A DNA stretch of 36,675 bases from a virus: positions 1 to 36,675 of the IMG/VR virus record IMGVR_UViG_3300035042_000056. One strand, given 5' to 3'. The first letter of the stretch is position 1. Each line of letters begins with the position of its first letter. This document shows, piece by piece, positions 1 through 7,272 of the stretch. Under the pieces are notes generated by a model. It ran no database searches, had not been told where the DNA came from, and was given only the letters and a program-made list of their open reading frames with translations. The position numbers and the translations under genes are program-made.

Positions 1-127
1 CGCAAAAAAGTGGAGATGAAAGAGGATTATTTGCTGCTAAAAGATGATGAAATTAACTCAAATATAGTTAATGAGAACAATAACCCGATTAATGATAACA
101 AAAACCTAAAAAATGATGACAAAAGTA
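1..127. repeat. Terminal direct repeat, copy A; identical to 36549-36675 (circular-closure overlap)
   Basis: Both termini read base by base: cgcaaaaaagtggagatgaaag...aatgatgacaaaagta occurs at both ends. Identity starts exactly at 36549 and runs to the last base. Confidence 0.95.
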
Positions 128-477
128 CACAAAGTAAAGTAAAGGAAAGTAAAGTAAAGGAAAGTAAAGTAAAAGAAGAAGAGAAAGAGAAATCTGAATC
201 TGAAAAGTTATTCACAAAAAATGTGGATAAGTTCGAAAAATACCTGCAGCAAATGTCAGAGGCAGTAATTTTAAAAGCCTGCAAGATTTCAGCCGAAAAA
301 GATAAACCCCTGGCATATTGTAGAGCAGTATTAAACGACTGGACCCAGAAAGGAATTGAAGATATTGACGATCTTAAGACAGCTGCTAAAAATGCTAAAA
401 ATAAAGACAGTCCTGATAATTGCGACTACAAGTGGAAAGACCATTTTATAGAAGATTGGGATAGATTTAAGGAGTGA
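1..477 (+). CDS. Replisome organizer, C-terminal part with DnaD-like domain; the 5' end is at 36216 across the junction
   Basis: Frame 1 is open from base 1 to TGA at 475-477. The C-terminal ILKACKISAEKDKPLAYCRAVLNDWTQKGIEDIDDL resembles the DnaD / replisome-organizer C-terminal domain. Confidence 0.7.
   Translation, partial: RKKVEMKEDYLLLKDDEINSNIVNENNNPINDNKNLKNDDKSTQSKVKESKVKESKVKEEEKEKSESEKLFTKNVDKFEKYLQQMSEAVILKACKISAEKDKPLAYCRAVLNDWTQKGIEDIDDLKTAAKNAKNKDSPDNCDYKWKDHFIEDWDRFKE
133..177 (+). repeat. Three tandem 15-bp units AGTAAAGTAAAGGAA (third copy has one mismatch) inside the organizer gene; candidate origin iterons
   Basis: 133-147 and 148-162 are identical; 163-177 has one G>A change. 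The units encode SKVKE SKVKE SKVKE in the inter-domain linker. Confidence 0.9.
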
Positions 478-481
478 GAAA

Positions 482-703
482 ATGAAACCAGTGATAGTGA
501 ATGGGAATGTTGATCAGGTAACTAAAGATGATATGGCAGATTTGATTAAGAGCGTGAAGCGGGAAAATGAAGGTAAAAGAATTAAACTTGCTGGCCCGGT
601 CATTGAAACAGCGCTGGAAAGTGCTAATTATACAGACTTTGAGATAGACCTTAGCGAAAGCTTTAAAGAAATCAGGTTGGAAATTAAAGTGAGAGGTGCT
701 TAA
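482..703 (+). CDS. Hypothetical early protein (73 aa)
   Basis: ATG 7 nt after an AAGGAG at 469-474; tightly packed with its neighbours. Confidence 0.55.
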   Translation: MKPVIVNGNVDQVTKDDMADLIKSVKRENEGKRIKLAGPVIETALESANYTDFEIDLSESFKEIRLEIKVRGA

Positions 704-704
704 A

Positions 705-1028
705 ATGGCTTGGTCTATGAAGGACGCGATTGAAACTGCAAAGGCTGCAGTTGAATGGAGTGGAGAAAAAGATATATCTTACAGGACCTATAAGCGATAT
801 AAGAAAAAGTTTGGCGGTCCAAGTATAGGATTTATTATGAAAAGAATGAAATGGTCAGAATTCAAAAGCAAATATCTCGGAATTGAAATAATTAGTGCTC
901 AAGAAAGAATGTTAAAGAAACTTGAAGATAATTTTTGCGGTCATTGTAAAGAAAAAGACAGCTGCAAAATCAAACTGGAGAATTGTGATCACTGGGAATA
1001 TTGGAAAAATCAAAGGAATACTGGTTGA
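705..1028 (+). CDS. Hypothetical early protein, Cys/His-rich C-terminus (CGHCKEKDSCKIKLENCDH)
   Basis: The ATG at 705 is 6 nt after GAGAGGTG. The track's GTG at 696 lies inside that RBS. Confidence 0.5.
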   Translation: MAWSMKDAIETAKAAVEWSGEKDISYRTYKRYKKKFGGPSIGFIMKRMKWSEFKSKYLGIEIISAQERMLKKLEDNFCGHCKEKDSCKIKLENCDHWEYWKNQRNTG

Positions 1029-1043
1029 TGTTAGGAGGAACAG

Positions 1044-1253
1044 ATGAAAAAGAAAAAGCAAAACAGATATATTTACAGAGTTCATTTCCAGACAAACGAA
1101 ATGCTAGGCTGGCGGAGAGTGGTCACTAATAAGAAAATGACTCCGGCAAGGAGAGAAAGATTTGGGGGTATTCTGTTTGAAAAATTAAGGTTAGAGTTAG
1201 AGATAACAAAACTTGTAATCACTGATGTTGAATGGATTAACAAAATAGGCTAA
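1044..1253 (+). CDS. Hypothetical protein (69 aa)
   Basis: A TTAGGAGGAACAG RBS directly precedes the ATG. Confidence 0.55.
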   Translation: MKKKKQNRYIYRVHFQTNEMLGWRRVVTNKKMTPARRERFGGILFEKLRLELEITKLVITDVEWINKIG

Positions 1254-1263
1254 GGAGGGTAAC

Positions 1264-1386
1264 ATGAATCTTGAACATATCAAAGAAAAGCTTAGCAAAG
1301 AGAAACCAGGACTGCCAAAGTCAGTAATAGATGAAATTGTCGAGGAGAAGTACAGAAAACTGAAAGAGGAAGAAGATGGACAGTAA
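1264..1386 (+). CDS. Small hypothetical protein (40 aa); absent from the ORF track because it is under 60 aa
   Basis: TAAGGAGGGTAAC RBS, then ATG at 1264; 40 codons read by hand to TAA at 1384-1386. Confidence 0.45.
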   Translation: MNLEHIKEKLSKEKPGLPKSVIDEIVEEKYRKLKEEEDGQ

Positions 1387-1455
1387 AATCGTTTTTTGGA
1401 TATTTGTGATTTGGTTTATAGCGAGGTTTACAAAAATCAAAAGGAGATGAATAAA

Positions 1456-1626
1456 ATGGGTAAAGTATTAACTAGAAAAATTGCTAGAAATAAGTTGAGA
1501 AATAAATATGGGAATAAAGGATTAAATGCCGCTTTTAAAAGATACCAGGGCAGAAAGAAAAGCATGTCCGACGGGGAACAGCGAGGGAAGAACTATTGCG
1601 ATAGAGATTATAGGTTGGTGGAGTAA
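1456..1626 (+). CDS. Small highly basic protein (56 aa)
   Basis: AGGAG at 1442-1446 with 9-nt spacing to the ATG at 1456. The upstream part of the track ORF has no RBS. Confidence 0.5.
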   Translation: MGKVLTRKIARNKLRNKYGNKGLNAAFKRYQGRKKSMSDGEQRGKNYCDRDYRLVE

Positions 1627-1886
1627 TGATTAATTATGAGTGCAAAAGTTGTCGAAAAGAAACTGATCACCGAATTAAAGAAACTGAATTAACAAGTTAT
1701 TCTGATTACAAAATTCTAATTTGCCAGGAATGCGGCGAAAAAGAAATGGTACCAGAAAAAATATTAGAACGCCAAGAAAAGAAAAACGAAAAGCTTGAAA
1801 TGAAAGAAAATAAAGTTGGCCCTGATGGCGGCTTTGATAGAGAAGTAGATCCGGATTGCGAGTCGGGAATCTGCGGGGCGAGATAG
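1626..1886 (+). CDS. Zinc-ribbon protein (CKSC...CQEC)
   Basis: ATGA start/stop overlap with the upstream ORF; two CxxC pairs. Confidence 0.55.
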   Translation: MINYECKSCRKETDHRIKETELTSYSDYKILICQECGEKEMVPEKILERQEKKNEKLEMKENKVGPDGGFDREVDPDCESGICGAR

Positions 1887-1930
1887 GAGAGTAAATCATG
1901 AGGTGGAAACTAAGATAATTTGAACGCTCG

Positions 1931-2077
1931 ATGTTTAAAATCATAGAAGTTATTGACGAAAAGGAAGAAGTTATCAAATGTTTTGTTGCTGATGATATAA
2001 CTTACGGCGAAAAGAAAAAGAAAGCTCAACTGATGGCAGCTGCACCTGAGTTGTTGGAGGCACTCAAACAAAGCTAA
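1931..2077 (+). CDS. Small hypothetical protein (48 aa); not in the ORF track
   Basis: Hand translation gives MFKIIEVIDEKEEVIKCFVADDITYGEKKKKAQLMAAAPELLEALKQS. It fills an otherwise empty gap, but the RBS is weak. Confidence 0.35.
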   Translation: MFKIIEVIDEKEEVIKCFVADDITYGEKKKKAQLMAAAPELLEALKQS

Positions 2078-2092
2078 AGGAGCTGACGAACA

Positions 2093-2305
2093 ATGAAATC
2101 AAGCAGTGATTTAGCATTAGAGAAAATAGAAATTAAAAAACAGCGAGACGAATTGCTAGATGTTGCAAAATATAGTTTGAAAATAGTTAAAAATCTTGAG
2201 TGTGAGTGTGATCCTTACAATGGATTTACATGTAAGAAACATGAATGGGAAAGAAAATTGAGGTTAGCAATTAATAAAGCCGAAGGCAGCAATCAAGATG
2301 GGTAA
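2093..2305 (+). CDS. Hypothetical protein (70 aa)
   Basis: AAAGGAG RBS upstream; overlaps the next ORF in operon style. Confidence 0.55.
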   Translation: MKSSSDLALEKIEIKKQRDELLDVAKYSLKIVKNLECECDPYNGFTCKKHEWERKLRLAINKAEGSNQDG

Positions 2306-2642
2306 GTATATAGAAATGCTTTTGTATATGCAGGATGATACCCAGTGGTGCGAGCCGGAGTCTCAGGAAGAAATAGAAAAGAATATGGATATTTTCGAAA
2401 AATCTAAAATGGCTAGAAGAAAAAGGAGAGGGTTGATGATGGCAAATTATATGGAGAAAATTTTATTTGATGATGAAGAATATCAGCCAAAAGAATTTTC
2501 AAAAGATGATATAATCCACGATATTATGTTAGCTGGTTTAGAAAAAATAGCTCAATCAGATTCTCACGAAAAAGCAGTTAAAATAGCAGAAGAAAGATTG
2601 GAAAAGGTTAGAGCAATTAGAGAAAAAGGAGCTGATGAATGA
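2298..2642 (+). CDS. Hypothetical protein (114 aa)
   Basis: Overlapping start and stop with neighbours; coding-like composition. Confidence 0.55.
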   Translation: MGKYIEMLLYMQDDTQWCEPESQEEIEKNMDIFEKSKMARRKRRGLMMANYMEKILFDDEEYQPKEFSKDDIIHDIMLAGLEKIAQSDSHEKAVKIAEERLEKVRAIREKGADE

Positions 2643-3304
2643 TGGCTAGGGGAAGATTGTGGACTGATAAAGAAGAAAAACAATTAATCAGACTTTATCC
2701 CAATTATTCAAATAAAAGATTATCTAAAATATTTAATAGAACTGTAACTGCAATTCAGCATAAGGCTAATAGATTAAAAATAAATAAATCTAAAGAATAT
2801 CTAAAGGAAAGTAAGTCAGAAAGGTTTAGTGGTTCAGGTGGGGCTAATTGGAACGGTGGTGTTCACTATACTGGGAAAGGGTATAAAATGATTTATTCGC
2901 CTGATCATCCAAATTCGACAACAAGAGGTTATGTAATGGAACATAGATTAGTTATGGAAGAAAATTTAGGGAGATTATTAAAAGATGATGAAATCGTACA
3001 CCATAAAAACGAAATAAAAGATGATAATAGAATAGAAAATTTGCAGTTAATGAAATTTGGTGAACATACTGCCAAGCATAACAAACAAAGAGTTTTATCA
3101 GCATCAACCAAAAATAAAATGAGTAAAGCTGCTAAAAAAAGATTTTCTAACCCGATTAATCACCCAAGTTATAAAGATATCGACCCCGAAGAATTATTAA
3201 AAATGAGAGGAGAAGGAAAAACCGTTAAAGAAATCTGTGAGATTAAAGGTATTTGCAAAAGAACTTTTTATAACAAAATTAATGATTATGAGGAGAGTGC
3301 TTAA
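2639..3304 (+). CDS. Free-standing HNH homing endonuclease with an N-terminal Myb/SANT-like helix-turn-helix
   Basis: GYVMEHRLVMEENLGRLLKDDEIVHHKNEIKDDNRIENLQLMKFGEHTAKH is an HNH_3-type core. The N-terminal WTDKEEKQLIRLY...TAIQHKANRL is Myb-like. Confidence 0.75.
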   Translation: MMARGRLWTDKEEKQLIRLYPNYSNKRLSKIFNRTVTAIQHKANRLKINKSKEYLKESKSERFSGSGGANWNGGVHYTGKGYKMIYSPDHPNSTTRGYVMEHRLVMEENLGRLLKDDEIVHHKNEIKDDNRIENLQLMKFGEHTAKHNKQRVLSASTKNKMSKAAKKRFSNPINHPSYKDIDPEELLKMRGEGKTVKEICEIKGICKRTFYNKINDYEESA

Positions 3305-3816
3305 TGTTAAATCGTATTGTTTTAATTGGAAGACTTACTAAAGATCCTTCGCTCCGCTATACAGAAAATGGTACTCCAGTCTGTAATTTCACACTGGCAG
3401 TAGAAAGAAATTATAGCGGCAAAAAAGGGGATAAGCCAGTCGATTTCATTAACATAGTCACCTGGAGAGGCCTGGCTGAAAATTGTGCCAGGCATCTGGG
3501 TAAAGGAAGGCTTGTCGGAGTAGATGGCAGCCTGCAGATTAGAAAGAGTGAAAATAACAATAGAACTTATATTAATCCGGAAGTAAATGCAGATAATGTC
3601 CGATTCTTAGACTTTGCAAACAATAACAATCAGAGAAATAATTCACAAGCTAAAGGAAATAAGCAGCAAAGTAAAACCCAGGGACCGGGCCAGCATTCTA
3701 ACGGCCAGCACTCTAAGAATAATAGCCAGCAATCTAATAGCAAAAACAACGGCCGGCAAGTAAATGAACAGTATAACGATAACTTTGAGGGGGATGATTT
3801 CGATGTTCCGTTCTAA
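3304..3816 (+). CDS. ssb: Single-stranded DNA-binding protein
   Basis: MLNRIVLIGRLTKDPSLRYTENGTPVCNFTLAV OB-fold N-terminus, an N/Q-rich linker and an acidic C-terminal tip DDFDVPF. Confidence 0.9.
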   Translation: MLNRIVLIGRLTKDPSLRYTENGTPVCNFTLAVERNYSGKKGDKPVDFINIVTWRGLAENCARHLGKGRLVGVDGSLQIRKSENNNRTYINPEVNADNVRFLDFANNNNQRNNSQAKGNKQQSKTQGPGQHSNGQHSKNNSQQSNSKNNGRQVNEQYNDNFEGDDFDVPF

Positions 3817-4042
3817 GCAAAACCCAAAACCAATATATATAGTGCTAGATTATCAAAAAAGAGCCGGTGAAAAACCAGTAATATATTCTATGGGAATAGT
3901 AAAAGCTGGAAATTCCTATAAAGCAAAAATTAAGTATGCGAAAAGAATAGATAAAAAAGAATGTGAAGCTGCTAGATTTACAACTGTTAGGCCAGAAGAG
4001 GTAGGTTTTGTATCTCTTTGGGATTTAAAAAATCCGAATTAA
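3794..4042 (+). CDS. Hypothetical protein (start at 3794 or 3803)
   Basis: GAGGGGG at 3787-3793 precedes in-frame ATGs at 3794 and 3803. Overlaps the ssb 3' end. Confidence 0.5.
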   Translation: MISMFRSKQNPKPIYIVLDYQKRAGEKPVIYSMGIVKAGNSYKAKIKYAKRIDKKECEAARFTTVRPEEVGFVSLWDLKNPN

Positions 4043-4057
4043 ATAGAAGGTGTTGGA

Positions 4058-4189
4058 ATGAACTCAAAAGTAATCAGAAAAAAGTTTGGAATACTTATCA
4101 TAGACGGAATCAAAATGAGGTCACCGACAACAATAGAGCATGATCGACCGGGCCAGCTAAAAATAATCTATATACCAGAAAAAGTTTAA
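4058..4189 (+). CDS. Small hypothetical protein (43 aa); not in the ORF track
   Basis: AGAAGGTG RBS, ATG at 4058, 44 codons counted to TAA at 4187-4189. Contains one CCGGGCCA motif copy. Confidence 0.4.
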   Translation: MNSKVIRKKFGILIIDGIKMRSPTTIEHDRPGQLKIIYIPEKV

Positions 4190-4306
4190 GAATTTTTGTG
4201 CCCGGCATTGGAGGATTGGAGCAATAAAAAATGTTTACTTTCTCTAATTCTAACAGTTGAGTGGGCTCCAACTAGACATTGCTCCAATTTTCCAGAAAGG
4301 AGGCAG

Positions 4307-4567
4307 ATGAAAGATTATTATATTTGCGAGATAGATGGATGTGAGGAACAAATCAGAAAAGGAACGCTTTGCCACTATCACAGCTCAATAACTAACCGGC
4401 CATGTGCCTGGTATTATCATAAAGAACTAGGGACAGCTGCAGTTGAGTGGTGTGATAAGAAAGTAGAAAGGTTTGATGATGTTAACTGCGAAGGATGTAA
4501 AGACTATATAGATCCGAAAGATGGAATAAAAATAATTGAGAGACTAACTGGCCTTAATCAAGGGTGA
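4307..4567 (+). CDS. Cys/His-rich small protein (86 aa)
   Basis: AAAGGAGGCAG RBS, then ATG at 4307. The track's TTG at 4196 adds an RBS-less hydrophobic extension. Motifs: CEIDGCEE...CHYH...CEGC. Confidence 0.55.
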   Translation: MKDYYICEIDGCEEQIRKGTLCHYHSSITNRPCAWYYHKELGTAAVEWCDKKVERFDDVNCEGCKDYIDPKDGIKIIERLTGLNQG

Positions 4568-4597
4568 TGGCCCGGGCCAGCAGGAAGGAGCAGAGAA

Positions 4598-4753
4598 ATG
4601 AAGAAATGCCCTGAATGTGGAGTAATGTATGCAGAAGAAGATGGTAGAGGAGGTGTCTGCCGTAGATGTTATGAAAGACAGCAAACTGGAAGTATGGAAA
4701 AAGACATGAGTTGGTTTGCCCAACGAGCGGGCCAGCCTGAAAAGAAATTTTAA
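4598..4753 (+). CDS. Zinc-ribbon miniprotein (51 aa); not in the ORF track
   Basis: AGGAAGGAG RBS, then ATG at 4598; CPEC...CRRC; TAA at 4751-4753. Confidence 0.5.
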   Translation: MKKCPECGVMYAEEDGRGGVCRRCYERQQTGSMEKDMSWFAQRAGQPEKKF

Positions 4754-4857
4754 GCTAACTGGAAGCTAAGACCTTAAGAACTTAAGATCTTCCCCCGGCC
4801 GGTCTTGAACTGAGGTCTTATTAAACAGAGAGCGATATATTAGAGGGTGAAAATTAA

Positions 4858-5022
4858 ATGAGCAAAATCAAGAAAAGAATACCTTGCCCAAATCCATATT
4901 GTGATCCAGAAGAAGGTTGTTGTATTTGTGAATATACAAATCATATCTATGTATTTGTAGAAAATAAAGATGATGAAGTAAAATTTAATTTTGATGTTGA
5001 AGGAGGCAGAAATGATATTTAG
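4858..5022 (+). CDS. Cys-rich miniprotein (54 aa); not in the ORF track
   Basis: AGAGGGTGA RBS, ATG at 4858. CPNPYCDPEEGCCIC motif. TAG at 5020-5022 overlaps the next start. Confidence 0.45.
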   Translation: MSKIKKRIPCPNPYCDPEEGCCICEYTNHIYVFVENKDDEVKFNFDVEGGRNDI

Positions 5023-5845
5023 ATGCAGCTTAAAAAAATGGAAGACTAGAAAAAACTCAGGAGTAGTAAGCCTGATCATAAAAGATATACCAGATGGATT
5101 TGATAAATTTGAAGATAAACCATTAATTGTGAACTTCAATCAGATGGCCCTGGCCTCAGCTAAAATCAAAAATATAGAACAGTTGGCTAATGGAGATCAT
5201 GAAGTTATATTGATAACTGGGAAAGACAGTAAAAGGATTTTGATTAATGTTGGACCAAAATTCAAAGAGATGGAAGAAATCAGAGTAAAGTTTGAAATAA
5301 ATAAAAAAGAGCAGCAAAGGTTAATGAATATGATAACTAACAGTCAGAGAAATAAAGCATTTGCTGTCATTGAAGATATGGGTAACTCAATAGGGTATGA
5401 AAAGGAAGAAATGAAAGAGGCTCTGGTTATGAGGTTTGCTGAGGTCTCTGAGCATGGAAGAATAAGTTTATCCGATTGTTCTAAGAAAGCAGCAATTGAT
5501 TTTATAGATTTTGCGATAAGGCTAGGTTATGAGCTGGGAGTAGAGTGGAAAGAAAACCCCAGGAAGAGATTAGACAGTCTGGATAGATGGCTAAGAATGT
5601 GCCTGGATAAGAAAATATGTGCTGTCAGTACTAAGCCAGGCAAAAACTATTATATAGACAATTCAGGTGAAATAGTTCATGTTCACCATGCAGATGCAAT
5701 TGGCATGGGGCAAAATAGACAAAAGCTAGATGATAGTAATCTAAAGAAAATATGTTTATCAGCTGAATATCACAATATAGCTCATAAGATGGGCTGGAAA
5801 TCATTTAAGAAAAAATATCATGTCGAGGCTATTGTTTATCCGTGA
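5012..5845 (+). CDS. Putative nuclease with a C-terminal HNHc-like His/Cys motif
   Basis: GAAGGAGGCAGA RBS, then ATG at 5012. The C-terminal VHVHHADAIGMGQNRQKLDD...CLSAEYHNIAHKMGWKSF resembles the phage 'putative HNHc nuclease' family. Confidence 0.5.
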   Translation: MIFRCSLKKWKTRKNSGVVSLIIKDIPDGFDKFEDKPLIVNFNQMALASAKIKNIEQLANGDHEVILITGKDSKRILINVGPKFKEMEEIRVKFEINKKEQQRLMNMITNSQRNKAFAVIEDMGNSIGYEKEEMKEALVMRFAEVSEHGRISLSDCSKKAAIDFIDFAIRLGYELGVEWKENPRKRLDSLDRWLRMCLDKKICAVSTKPGKNYYIDNSGEIVHVHHADAIGMGQNRQKLDDSNLKKICLSAEYHNIAHKMGWKSFKKKYHVEAIVYP

Positions 5846-5872
5846 TGGCCCGGGCAATTGGAGGTGAAAATA

Positions 5873-6226
5873 ATGGAGAAGTTTGGATTTGTAGTCGCAG
5901 GCAGACCAGTACCAGCTCAGCGAATGACTCAAAAGTCTAAGTGGACTAAAAGAGCTAAAAAGAGTCTGGCATATCAAAGAGATATAGCATGGATGTGGAA
6001 AAGGGCATCTAATGGTGAAAAACTCAAAGGTGATTTAAAATTAAGTTGTGAATTCTATTTCAATGACAAAAGGCATGGAGACCTAAGTAATCTGGTTAAA
6101 GCAGTTGAAGATGGGCTGCAGTATGCAAATGCTTTTGACAATGATAAGCAGATTAAGAGATACGGCAAAACTGGAATATTTTTTGATGATGAACCGAGAG
6201 CTGTAATTAGAATAGAAGAAATTTAG
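5873..6226 (+). CDS. rusA: RusA-family Holliday junction resolvase
   Basis: GGAGGTG RBS, then ATG at 5873. AGRPVPAQRMTQKSKW...GDLSNLVKAVEDGLQYANAFDNDKQI matches the RusA signature. Confidence 0.8.
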   Translation: MEKFGFVVAGRPVPAQRMTQKSKWTKRAKKSLAYQRDIAWMWKRASNGEKLKGDLKLSCEFYFNDKRHGDLSNLVKAVEDGLQYANAFDNDKQIKRYGKTGIFFDDEPRAVIRIEEI

Positions 6227-6268
6227 GGTGCTGGCCCGGTAATTAGAAAAAGAAAGGGGTTAATTATA

Positions 6269-6583
6269 ATGAATAGAAGCGAAATGTTATGTTTTTTAGA
6301 GGAACTGCTGGAAGAATCGGCAAAAATGAGTCATAAAACTGGCAAATCATTTTTGGAGGAGGGAATTGATGAACTGCAGGACAGGTTGGTTGCGGAAGAC
6401 TATAATAGCAAGCCGATTAGTAATTTAGTTGTCAGAGTGAATGCTGATACTTCAGAAGCTATGACCGAACTGGTTCAAATTGAAAGCAAATTAGAGAAAA
6501 TTAATCAGCTTTTAGAAGAAATCAATGGTAAGTTTAAAAATGAAAATACTATAAAAATAGGAGTTGAAGTTAATGGGCGATAG
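6269..6583 (+). CDS. Hypothetical protein (104 aa)
   Basis: AAAGGGG RBS; acidic, helical composition. Confidence 0.55.
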   Translation: MNRSEMLCFLEELLEESAKMSHKTGKSFLEEGIDELQDRLVAEDYNSKPISNLVVRVNADTSEAMTELVQIESKLEKINQLLEEINGKFKNENTIKIGVEVNGR

Positions 6584-7031
6584 AAATAAAGGTGCTGGCC
6601 CGGGGACCGGGAAAGAATTTCAAGAAAATATGATTGATAAGCTTTTAGATGAAACTAAGGAAATGAAAATATCTAAAGAAACTAAAATGGTTTTAAAAGA
6701 AATAATGACTAAAAAAACTTGCTTAAAGCAATTAGATAGAATTATTAACGAAATTGAAACAATCCATAGAGGCAGACCATCTGAAAAGTTTTACTTTTTG
6801 CAGGCTTCTTTATTGTTTGCTAAAAAAAATCTTGAAGAAAATACATTTCAATATAGCTTAGAAGATAAAGTGAAAATAATAAAAGATGGTCACTTTAAAG
6901 GGAAAACAGGGAAAATAATAAAAAGGCGCTTATCAAACTCTGCTACCAACAATTACATCCATTATAAATTAGATAGCATGGAACATTATTGGATATTAGA
7001 AGATAATTTAGAGGTGGTTGAGTATGCTTGA
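6573..7031 (+). CDS. Hypothetical protein (start uncertain: 6573 or 6630)
   Basis: AGGAG at 6559-6563 sits 9 nt before the ATG at 6573. An alternative ATG at 6630 would leave the GC motif at 6591-6603 intergenic. Confidence 0.5.
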   Translation: MGDRNKGAGPGTGKEFQENMIDKLLDETKEMKISKETKMVLKEIMTKKTCLKQLDRIINEIETIHRGRPSEKFYFLQASLLFAKKNLEENTFQYSLEDKVKIIKDGHFKGKTGKIIKRRLSNSATNNYIHYKLDSMEHYWILEDNLEVVEYA

Positions 7032-7272
7032 CGAAGCCAGAAAAATATGCAAATATCAAGGAATTAAAACCCATATTCAAGTGCCGGTTATTTGCCCTCA
7101 CTGTAGCCGGAGAACAATGATATTAGACAGTGTTAAGAATAAAGGCACTTGCATTAGGTGTGGAAGAGAAAAGCCTATCAATGAGCTTTTGAGGGAAGAG
7201 GAAGCAGACTGGCTGGAAAGGCATAAAGGAACAGATATAAAAATGAGGACTAACAGGGGTGATTGCGGTTGA
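7024..7272 (+). CDS. Zinc-ribbon protein (CPHC...CIRC)
   Basis: GAGGTGG RBS 6 nt before the ATG at 7024. Confidence 0.55.
   Translation: MLDEARKICKYQGIKTHIQVPVICPHCSRRTMILDSVKNKGTCIRCGREKPINELLREEEADWLERHKGTDIKMRTNRGDCG

Noticed and set aside
1-127. The 127-bp terminal repeat as a biological DTR, LTR or attL/attR pair
   Set aside because: It is exact, lies in the middle of an ORF that reads continuously across the junction, and has a length typical of an assembler k-mer overlap. The int/attP region is elsewhere and intact.
133-177. Tandem 15-bp repeats as a CRISPR array or minisatellite
   Set aside because: The repeats are contiguous with no spacers, there are only three units, and they lie in frame inside a gene. 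They are interpreted as iterons / a low-complexity linker.
4840-5139. Minus-strand 99-aa track ORF, together with the other antisense ORFs (e.g. 27-284, 1675-1977, 8572-9035, 9252-9581, 13266-13511, 16304-16688, 17872-18386, 28364-28576, 29073-29279, 31859-32059, 32278-32472)
   Set aside because: Each lies fully inside, or antisense to, a better-supported gene on the dominant strand. They lack RBSs and have low-complexity, Phe/Ile/Ser-rich translations typical of AT-rich shadow frames.
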